DNA of 11,495 nt from Chthonomonadales bacterium (GCA_038217285.1 JBBQPO010000203.1:1-11495); one strand, 5' to 3'. Shown: positions 1-6,432, counted from the stretch's first letter. Numbers and translations: made by a program. Notes: generated from the letters alone by a model not told the origin.

Positions 1-83
1 ACGCCTACAAAATCCAATTGAAAGGAGAATCGATGCGGAAACTGCGCGGTGGCTTGACATCTGAGCCGTCCGTACAGCCATAA
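1..83 (+). CDS. istB: 3' end of IS21-family helper ATPase IstB (partial, runs off the window start)
   Basis: Frame from base 3 reads AYKIQLKGESMRKLRGGLTSEPSVQP* (TAA 81-83). This matches the IstB C-terminal pattern (N)AxxIxLxGESxR and is followed by IS21-type terminal repeats. Confidence 0.88.
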   Translation, partial: AYKIQLKGESMRKLRGGLTSEPSVQP

Positions 84-113
84 TATATCACCCGCGTAGC
101 TTCGCTCCAGACC

Positions 114-205
114 GTTCAGATTGAAACGGAATCAGTGTTCATTTTGAACGCGATTCAGTGTTCATTTTGAAACGGAATCAGTGTTCAAATTCGCCGGAAT
201 GTACA
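114..205 (+). repeat. Four contiguous imperfect 23-bp direct repeats (likely IstA-binding repeats of the IS right end)
   Basis: Units start at 114, 137, 160 and 183: gttcagattgaaacggaatcagt / gttcattttgaacgcgattcagt / gttcattttgaaacggaatcagt / gttcaaattcgccggaatgtaca. There are no spacers. Confidence 0.92.
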
Positions 206-274
206 GGTATGCCACCCTCACCCTGTAATTCCACTTGCCTTCGAAGTCCCGATCCTGTCCATTTTCCATAAGTC

Positions 275-302
275 GCAGGAGTTGCCAGCGAGGGCGGCGA
301 AT
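275..302 (+). promoter_or_regulatory. Candidate SigH (Spo0H)-type promoter
   Basis: GCAGGA (275-280), 18 nt, GAAT (299-302) fits the Bacillus sigma-H pattern AGGA-N17/18-GAAT. An ATG follows at 312. Confidence 0.5.
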
Positions 303-311
303 GAGCAGAGC

Positions 312-395
312 ATGGAACCAAAAGGATATGTCTGTTATCGGGCGGTGCAACCTGTCGAGATCGATGGCGATCTGACGAAGAGAGTTTGGCAGGAT
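312..395 (+). pseudogene. N-terminal relic of a CBM9-like (DOMON-type) carbohydrate-binding protein
   Basis: MEPKGYVCYRAVQPVEIDGDLTKRVWQD resembles the P-x-GYVCYR...I-x-IDG-x-L...W-Q start of CBM9-like proteins. The resemblance stops after about 28 codons, where the frame runs toward the antisense of the GH95 relic. Confidence 0.6.
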
Positions 396-432
396 ACAAT
401 TCCTAGCGGACTATTTCCCCAGGTTTTGAGGG

Positions 433-787
433 CTATGGCTCTGTACTGCCATGTTCAAGGCTCGCACCCAGGCGGAAGAGTCTGCCCGGCTTGCCTTCGA
501 GCGTCACGGAGCGACCGTCGTAGCGCACTCGGCAGACGGAGGATGCACATCCAGCATATTGGGAGAGGTCAATTCGGCGAGCAGCACATGCAGGCAGTCG
601 TAGGCCCTGTCGCCTTCACCGAGACGGGCATACTGGTTCGGACTGGATAGACACGCTCCGCCAGGAACGCGCCGTCCCCGCTGAAGGCGTAGTGCTCCCA
701 GAGGTGCTGGACAAGCCACGCGCCTCCCATCGGCCAGTTCGCTCAGAAGGGACTTCCGTCTCCGTCCCCAACGGGATTGGCCTGCGC
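433..787 (-). pseudogene. Glycoside hydrolase family 95 (alpha-L-fucosidase) pseudogene in three fused fragments
   Basis: 787-641: AQANPVGDGDGSPF*ANWPMGGAWLVQHLWEHYAFSGDGAFLAERVYPV (TGA at 745-743 where Trp is expected). 638-537, different frame: NQYARLGEGDRAYDCLHVLLAELTSPNMLDVHPP. 537-433, frame changes again: VCRVRYDGRSVTLEGKPGRLFRLGASLEHGSTEP* (TAG 435-433). These correspond in native order to the GH95 motifs WPxGGAWL..HLWEHY, ARLxxGxxA...PNxxDxHPP and the C-terminal tail. Confidence 0.85.
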
Positions 788-1065
788 GCACGGGGCCGAC
801 GGCATCACGGGCTCTGGCCCGGCAATATTGGCCCCCTGATCGTTCCACAAGGGTTGCGGTGGTGAACAAGCACGTCTGAGTGACGCAGTGTTTTTACTGG
901 CTATAAGGGGCTAAACGTACAAAGATACGTATATTCCCGCATGGCGGTGCATCGAATTGTTCGGTATACTGTGCCTGTCGTTGAAAAACAAGACCGCTTT
1001 TCAGGTCGCCGACGACAGAGGTCACCGCAGCCGGTGTGCCACCAGGATACGCAGGAGTTCATCGC

Positions 1066-1620
1066 ATGAAGCCCGTCAATCACTCATCGATCTCGGTTCT
1101 CGTTGTCGCAGGGTTGCTCTGTATGTCGAGTTCGCAGGTTTTCGCACAGGGCCGTTTCGCCACCGAACCTGTATCCGCAGATGTTACGGTAACGGACGGG
1201 CTGCGCGAGACGACGGTTGCGGATGCCGAGCAGACGTTGTTGATGGAGAACGAGGGCGAGTGCACCTGGACTTCGGAGCCGGAACCGGACCATTCACCAG
1301 TTTCCCGAACGTCTGTGGCCGGATGGCTGCCGGGCAGCGTGCTAGCGATGGGAGCATCGCTCGTTGCGCTGAATAGCGGGTCCAATCTGTCCGTCGTGGG
1401 AACCGCAGCTTTCCGTTCCCCCAGCCCGGTCAACACAACGTTTACCGTTGTTCCGCAGACCGGAAGTCCCACCAGCTACCATGCTCCTTCGACGTTCGGT
1501 AGAACTCGCGGACCGGGCGCCGTTGCGACGCCGGAGCCCGGCACCTGGGCCATGCTGTTCGGTGGCAGTGCGACCATGTTGTTGCAGCTACGCCGCCGGA
1601 ATCGGAAAGCCAGGAGTTAG
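1066..1620 (+). CDS. PEP-CTERM sorting-domain surface protein (184 aa)
   Basis: AGGAG at 1053-1057 precedes ATG 1066. It has a signal-peptide-like N-terminus (...VLVVAGLLCMSSSQVFA), an S/T/P/G-rich body, and C-terminal TPEPGT plus hydrophobic helix plus RRRNRK. Confidence 0.88.
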   Translation: MKPVNHSSISVLVVAGLLCMSSSQVFAQGRFATEPVSADVTVTDGLRETTVADAEQTLLMENEGECTWTSEPEPDHSPVSRTSVAGWLPGSVLAMGASLVALNSGSNLSVVGTAAFRSPSPVNTTFTVVPQTGSPTSYHAPSTFGRTRGPGAVATPEPGTWAMLFGGSATMLLQLRRRNRKARS

Positions 1621-2069
1621 GCAAGGCGTGATAATTATCGCCTGAACTCAAATCTTTATGTGTGGCTCTATCCGTCCTGACCTGCCGATTTTCAGCACTT
1701 GGAGGCGACCCACCAGTACGCCAGGAACCTCCACAGCACCATTTTCGCAATACAGAGCCCATTCCACTGACTTTTTCAGCAGTCTCCTTTAGCCGTGGGT
1801 ATCTGACTTCTGGTCACACTGCGCAGCAAACTCGTCATGGTGATATTCCTCAGGGAAGGAGTTTTCGTTCGGGTTATGGCGCGACGGTGCGCACTGTGAA
1901 CGCCATACACGCTTCCTCCAGTTCCCTCTCCTGTGCCATTTTCCCTGTAGACCGCCAGCAACAGTGGCCAGCACCGGCTTAACGCATTCTCAGAATAGTT
2001 CAGATAATGCAGCCGTATAGCTACTATAGCCCTGTGGAGACACAAGGGACTGGGAAAGGACTCAACTTC

Positions 2070-2513
2070 ATGAATACCAATCGTTCGCTGCGGGGTGTGC
2101 TCGCCGGATTTACGCTGCTCGGTCTGCTCGCTGTCGGGATCGGCCCGGTTCATGCTCAGACGCCGAAAACCAAACTGACCGCTGCACAGGCGGAAGCCGT
2201 CGCGCTCAAAAAGTACAAAAGCGGCAAGATCCAGGGCAAATCTGCGCTGGAAAACGAAGAGGGCAAGTGGCAGTACGGCGTGATGGTCAAAGCCAGCGGC
2301 AAGATGCATGAGGTGATGGTGGACGCGAACACCGGCAAGATCGCTTCGGAAGAGGTCGTCACCCCCAAAGAAGAGGCTGCCGAGAAGAAGGCCGAAGACG
2401 CTGCCAAAAAGGGCGGCAAGACCAAAAAGGTCGATAAGATGAAGGGCATCAAGTCTATGAAATTGGAAAAAGGCGAAACCGGCGATAAGTCCGAAAAGGG
2501 TGGGAAAGAGTAG
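2070..2513 (+). CDS. Secreted PepSY-domain protein with Lys/Glu-rich tail (147 aa)
   Basis: AAAGGA at 2055-2060 precedes ATG 2070. Signal peptide ends PVHA. LTAAQAEAVALKKY..G.....LENEEGKWQYGV......HEVMVDANTGKI is a PepSY pattern. Confidence 0.88.
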   Translation: MNTNRSLRGVLAGFTLLGLLAVGIGPVHAQTPKTKLTAAQAEAVALKKYKSGKIQGKSALENEEGKWQYGVMVKASGKMHEVMVDANTGKIASEEVVTPKEEAAEKKAEDAAKKGGKTKKVDKMKGIKSMKLEKGETGDKSEKGGKE

Positions 2514-2570
2514 TTCGCTTCCAGAGGCGATACCCTGAAGACAGAACGACTGTGCCTCGACCCTGTACAG

Positions 2571-2612
2571 AAGAGACGCCCGCCAACGTATAAGTCGGCG
2601 GGCGTCTCTTTT
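2571..2612. terminator. Probable bidirectional intrinsic terminator
   Basis: Perfect 14-bp inverted repeat aagagacgcccgcc (2571-2584) / ggcgggcgtctctt (2597-2610), with T-rich runs on both strands, between convergent genes. Confidence 0.82.
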
Positions 2613-2637
2613 CAGCTTGCGGTTTTCCACCTGCGAC

Positions 2638-3369
2638 CTACATAGGCGGGACCAGGCCATCCTTGCCGACAAGCACCCGGTCGGCGGCGACAACGCCGTC
2701 TGCCCCGCGACGACCGAAGACGACGACGTGCGCGCCAGGAGTAAGCTGACTCCTCTGACCCGGCCCGAAAGTTACGAACGGAATTCCTGCCGGAAGCGAG
2801 AGTGTTTGCGTTCCCTTACCGCCGCCATTCTTGAACTCCAGCGTCAGATTCGACGTTCCCGTCCCCTTGACTGTACCGTTGGTCATCCGCGAGCCCGAAA
2901 CGGTTCCGTTCGCCATACGGGCCGTACCATTGGTCATGCGGGAGTGAGAAACAGTCCCATTGGTCATCCGAGAATGACCGCCCGCGCCACCGGTACTCTT
3001 CGACTTGCCTGCTCCGGGCAGATCCCAGTCGTAGTCGCCTTCCCCAGTCCCGCGTGCCGCTTCCGGGAAGACGACGACCTCGCGGGCCTGCCGCTTTCCG
3101 CCAGGGCCGGAGACGGAGGCAATGCCTAGAAAAGAGCCTTCCTTGACGTGTGCGCGGTCCGATGGAAGGACGCTCACGACCGGCGCTTTCTCTGGAAGCT
3201 GCACACGAACAGGACCTGAATCCGATTTGACGGTAAGCACGCCGCCCTGGAGGCTCTGAATGGTTCCGCGAACGTGAACCGTGCCCGGCGCGGGAGGATC
3301 GGCAAGGGTCGGGGACGCGGCGAGCACAGTCGCGGCAAGCCCGAGGAGCGGCAGAAAGGGTGTTTTCAT
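2638..3369 (-). CDS. Secreted hypothetical protein (DUF5666-like beta/OB-fold type) with internal MTNGT repeats (243 aa)
   Basis: AAAGGAAA RBS and a signal peptide ending PTLA. It has two related beta-rich halves (VRGTI...LTV...V.V / V.GT...LTL...LTPGAHVVV) and a VVVFPEAARGTGEGDYDWDL segment. The DUF assignment is from memory and tentative. Confidence 0.8.
   Translation of the reverse strand: MKTPFLPLLGLAATVLAASPTLADPPAPGTVHVRGTIQSLQGGVLTVKSDSGPVRVQLPEKAPVVSVLPSDRAHVKEGSFLGIASVSGPGGKRQAREVVVFPEAARGTGEGDYDWDLPGAGKSKSTGGAGGHSRMTNGTVSHSRMTNGTARMANGTVSGSRMTNGTVKGTGTSNLTLEFKNGGGKGTQTLSLPAGIPFVTFGPGQRSQLTPGAHVVVFGRRGADGVVAADRVLVGKDGLVPPM
2869..2976 (-). repeat. Four in-frame copies of (S)RM(T/A)NGT(V/A)
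   Basis: The protein reads HSRMTNGTV-SHSRMTNGTA-RMANGTV-SGSRMTNGTV. The DNA copies differ at synonymous positions. Confidence 0.9.
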
Positions 3370-3437
3370 GAGTTTCCTTTTGGGTTTCTGAAGTCGAAGC
3401 AGCGCTAACGAGAGCGGAGCGACTAACTTTTTCTTTA

Positions 3438-3463
3438 AACGAAGGAAGAGACTGCCCTGTTCC
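3438..3463 (-). promoter_or_regulatory. Candidate ECF-sigma promoter
   Basis: Minus strand reads GGAAC (3463-3459), 17 nt, CGTT (3441-3438), about 70 nt upstream of the ATG at 3369. Confidence 0.45.
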
Positions 3464-3502
3464 CTACACTATTTCTCCACGCGACTCTTTCCGTGCATAC
3501 CG

Positions 3503-4285
3503 TTAACCCCCGGCGTCGTAAGGGGGCTGGGGCGACAGGGCGGTTAGGCCGCCGTCTACGATGATGTTCTGCCCGTTCACCCAGCTCGCCTCCTCGGAGA
3601 CGAGAAACGCGACTATGGCGGCGATGTCGTGCGGCGTACCGATGCGGCCCGTCGGATTCAGGGTGGCCTCCCGCGCCTCCATATTGCCGATGTCGAGCAG
3701 GGCGGCATTCAGGCGGGTGCGAATCGTGCTGGGACCGACCGCATTGACCGTGATCCCCAGCGGGCCGAGCTCCACCGCCATCGCTTTCGTCAGCATCGCC
3801 AGACCCGCCTTCGAGGCGCAGTAGTGGGCGAGTTGGGGAATCGCGACCTGGCTGCCGGTGCTGGTGATATGCACGATGCGCCCGAACTTACGCGCCGCCA
3901 TCGCGCGTGCCGCGATCTGCGAACAGAGGAACGCAGCCCGGAGGTTGGTATCCATCGTCTCCGTCCAGATCTGCAGAGAGGTTTCCAGAAAGGGCGAGAA
4001 GAGGCCGATCCCCGCATTGTTCACCAGAATATCCAGTGTGCCGAATGTCTGCAGAACGCGATCCATCATCGAATCTATCGCCTGCGGGTCGCGCAGGTCG
4101 GCGGGGACCAGCAGCGCCTGTCGCCCCATGGCGCGAATCTGCGCGGCGATGGCCTCCGCCTCGGCGTCGCCCTCCAGATAGTTGATCGCCACATCCGCGC
4201 CGTCCGCCGCCAGACGCAGCGCGATGCCCGCTCCTATTCCACGATTGCTCCCTGTGACCAGGCTGGTACGCCTCTTCGTATTCAC
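3503..4285 (-). CDS. Classical SDR family NAD(P)-dependent oxidoreductase (FabG/glucose-1-dehydrogenase-like, 260 aa)
   Basis: TGSNRGIG, NNAG, YCASK and GQNIIVDGG motifs. The start is placed at GTG 4285 because AGGAG lies 7 nt upstream. Confidence 0.93.
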   Translation of the reverse strand: MNTKRRTSLVTGSNRGIGAGIALRLAADGADVAINYLEGDAEAEAIAAQIRAMGRQALLVPADLRDPQAIDSMMDRVLQTFGTLDILVNNAGIGLFSPFLETSLQIWTETMDTNLRAAFLCSQIAARAMAARKFGRIVHITSTGSQVAIPQLAHYCASKAGLAMLTKAMAVELGPLGITVNAVGPSTIRTRLNAALLDIGNMEAREATLNPTGRIGTPHDIAAIVAFLVSEEASWVNGQNIIVDGGLTALSPQPPYDAGG

Positions 4286-4299
4286 GGCAGATCTCCTGG

Positions 4300-4361
4300 C
4301 GAACGCCCGAACGCCCGAACGCCCGGACGCTCGCGCTCTCAACGTGAGCACGAGCGTCCGG
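4300..4361. repeat. Octamer tandem repeat fused to a stem-loop between the PAP2 and SDR genes
   Basis: cgaacgcc x3 (4300-4323) plus degenerate cggacgct. Inverted repeat ccggacgctcg (4323-4333) / cgagcgtccgg (4351-4361) is extended by gctc/gagc. No U-tract follows on either strand. Confidence 0.75.
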
Positions 4362-4373
4362 AAAGAACGGATC

Positions 4374-4952
4374 TCAAAATGTCTTGGAGAGAAAAATCCC
4401 GTAGGCGGTGCCTTTGCTCTGCGGCTGAATGAAAGGCATCAGCAGCAGGCCGCGCCGTGAGGAGAGCTCCCAGCGTCCCACGCCGTAGCCGAGCGCAGCG
4501 CCCGCCAGTATATCGCCCACGGTATGCCGATGGAGTGTGACACGGGAGGCCGAGATGAGGGAGGCGCCGGTAAACCAGTATATCGCCTGTTTGGGATGGA
4601 AGGCGCTCTCCACCGTCGCGATGGCGAAGGCCCCGGTCGCATGGCCGCTCGGGAAACTGTCGTGCTCGTTGGAATCCGGCCGCTTCTCCTTGACCAGACT
4701 CTTCATGCCTTCGGAGAGCAAAATACTGCTGGTCACCGCATCGAGAGCCCGCAGGGAACGTATTTTGCCGGCCTTGCCATCCTCCAGGAGCGGCGCTCCG
4801 ACCCCCGCGACGAGATAGAGGATACTCCCCGTGCCTGAAAAGAAGTTGCCGACCTGTTGGTCGAAAGGAGGATCGGCAGACGCTGCGAGCGAGAGCGGTG
4901 CGGCCAGCGCGACAAGGGCCGCCGTGAGAAACGGAACGCGGGGTATGGACAT
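4374..4952 (-). CDS. PAP2-family membrane phosphatase (192 aa)
   Basis: Motifs C1 KSLVKEKRP, C2 SFPSGH and C3 SRVTLHRHTVGD, with a hydrophobic N-terminus. AGGAGG lies 12 nt upstream of ATG 4952. Confidence 0.92.
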   Translation of the reverse strand: MSIPRVPFLTAALVALAAPLSLAASADPPFDQQVGNFFSGTGSILYLVAGVGAPLLEDGKAGKIRSLRALDAVTSSILLSEGMKSLVKEKRPDSNEHDSFPSGHATGAFAIATVESAFHPKQAIYWFTGASLISASRVTLHRHTVGDILAGAALGYGVGRWELSSRRGLLLMPFIQPQSKGTAYGIFLSKTF

Positions 4953-5216
4953 GCGGGTAAAGAGCCTCCTTCGTGGGAACCGGGACGTAAAAATGCCCTC
5001 CTCCCGGCCTGCCCGTATGATACCTGAAAACATTTGCCCGCGGGTAGCGATGGGACCGAAGAGAGGTCGGTGGCGCTAGGTGCTTGCCCCTCGAATCGCG
5101 GCCCTATAGGCCGGATCTCGCGCCGCGTTCACAACGCCGAGCAGCACTCTGGCACCCTCTTTTCGTGCCAGAAGGGGAACCACCCTCCTCGGCGAACAGT
5201 CAAAGGACGCAGAAGT

Positions 5217-6227
5217 TTAGCGAGCATTCGTCGAAATGCCTGCTTCGGACATAGGCATTGTTCTATCCTCTGATCTTCCTACTTTCGTCGTTGAGCTCTG
5301 CAATGCAGTTTCCGCGAGTGTGCTGCGAATACTGGCTTCCAGCGGTGAGTAGTTTGCGTTCGGCCGATCAAAGCACATCGGTTCTAACAGCGGTGTGGTG
5401 CGGTTGCAGAGAAAGCGCGGCGTTCCGTTGTGGTTCTGCGACTGGCAGTGGAAGAGGAAAGGGTGGCAGAGGTAGATGTCGCCGGGCGCGGCGGTGGCTT
5501 CCACGACACGGAGTGAGGAGCCATCGTCGTCCATGAAAACATGATCCATGAACCGCTCAATGCGATCCCTGTTCTGCTTCCACGCGGCGAACCGCTCCCG
5601 GTCCCAGCGGGCGTCGGCAGCGAGAGGTCTGCCTGTCAAGTCTGAGAGCCAGGGATGTGTCGCGATGCAGGCGCGAATCCCCTCGACTAATTCGACTCCC
5701 TCCGTCTGGTGGCTCAGGAAGCGGGCGACGATCCGGTGTGAGCCTTCCGCAATGACGGTCGCGCCCCCATGCGACTGAATATCGGAGAAGATGCAGAGCA
5801 GCAGCAGGCCCTGATCCGGCGCGCTGACATAGTGTCGGAAATGCTGGCCGTCCCAGTGCCAGCCGTTCTCAGGCACATCCCAGGGGCGGTCGGCGCCCAG
5901 AGCGAAGTTGACTGGCCACCATCCCCAGCCGTCCTGCGTATCGCGCGTACGCCATCGGCCTTCCCCCACCAGATCTTCGACGGCATCTTTGAGGCGTTGA
6001 GTTTTGCAGGCGCGAAAAGCGGGGGTATCGAAGGTTTCCTGGATCGACACCATCGGCTTCGTCCATGTTGCCAGAACATTTTTCTGTACGCCCCGCTCGG
6101 CCAGGGGCCCCCACAGATCCTCCTGCGCTCGCAACGCCAGAGCTGGCGAAAACGCCTCCTCGACACGTACGTAACCACGCTCCTGGAAGTGGACGACGTC
6201 TGCCTCGGAAAGCACCTTGTATCGCAT
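5217..6227 (-). CDS. Phytanoyl-CoA dioxygenase (PhyH)-family Fe(II)/2-oxoglutarate oxygenase (336 aa)
   Basis: N-terminal LSEADVVHFQERGYVRVEEAF, HxD in WHWDG, GGATVIAEGSH, and PGDIYLCHPFLFH with the distal His. A GGGAG RBS is present. Confidence 0.88.
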   Translation of the reverse strand: MRYKVLSEADVVHFQERGYVRVEEAFSPALALRAQEDLWGPLAERGVQKNVLATWTKPMVSIQETFDTPAFRACKTQRLKDAVEDLVGEGRWRTRDTQDGWGWWPVNFALGADRPWDVPENGWHWDGQHFRHYVSAPDQGLLLLCIFSDIQSHGGATVIAEGSHRIVARFLSHQTEGVELVEGIRACIATHPWLSDLTGRPLAADARWDRERFAAWKQNRDRIERFMDHVFMDDDGSSLRVVEATAAPGDIYLCHPFLFHCQSQNHNGTPRFLCNRTTPLLEPMCFDRPNANYSPLEASIRSTLAETALQSSTTKVGRSEDRTMPMSEAGISTNAR

Positions 6228-6245
6228 TGACCTGCTCCCTTCTTC

Positions 6246-6261
6246 AGGAATATCTATTCCT
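6246..6261. promoter_or_regulatory. Candidate operator palindrome upstream of the PhyH gene
   Basis: AGGAATA-TC-TATTCCT is a perfect 7-2-7 inverted repeat 18 nt upstream of the ATG at 6227. Confidence 0.45.
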
Positions 6262-6371
6262 CTTGCCTACGTATGACACGATCAGGCAGGCACCGGAGGA
6301 TGTCATGAAACAATGGGACTCCGGTTGAACTATCACAGAACTTCCGGGTTTTTAGAGGCTCGTGCGCTTCT

Positions 6372-6400
6372 ATTGTACACGAAAGCAACGGCATTTAGAA
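6372..6400 (-). promoter_or_regulatory. Possible sigma70 promoter facing the PhyH gene
   Basis: Minus strand reads TTCTAA (6400-6395), 17 nt, TACAAT (6377-6372). The -35 is weak. Confidence 0.35.
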
Positions 6401-6432
6401 CAGCGGAACGGAACCCTGTGCGCCCGTTGAAT

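Larger units (their letters stand above)
1..205 (+). mobile_element. Right end of an IS21-family insertion sequence
   Basis: istB tail, then multiple terminal repeats, ending in CA at 204-205. Read inward on the minus strand the end is TGTACATTCCGGCGAATTTGAACAC, resembling the TG...ATTCCG ends of IS408/IS1162-like members. The left end and target duplication are outside the window. Confidence 0.87.

Noticed and set aside
114..205. CRISPR array or plasmid iterons
   Set aside because: The repeats are contiguous with no unique spacers, there is no cas or rep gene, and they lie between an istB stop and a CA terminus.
206..270. Minus-strand DRDFEGKWNYRV as an ISAzo13-type transposase C-terminus
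   Set aside because: The resemblance covers only a few residues, with no supporting upstream sequence or IS end.
743..745. TGA recoded as Trp or Sec in the GH95 frame
   Set aside because: TGA ends intact genes here (prmC, PAP2) and the surrounding gene is broken by deletions, so a TGG-to-TGA nonsense mutation is simpler.
282..869. ORFs 282..650 (+) and 504..869 (-) as real proteins
   Set aside because: Each contains only one short recognisable segment (CBM9-like or GH95) joined to out-of-frame or antisense sequence.
5135..5200. c-di-AMP (ydaO) riboswitch or 6S RNA
   Set aside because: CGCCGAG...GGGGAACCA recalls the ydaO 5' part, but the GGGTGAAT and CCCGTCAGCTAAC elements are absent and no plus-strand gene follows. 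The pairing is local, not the long rod of 6S.
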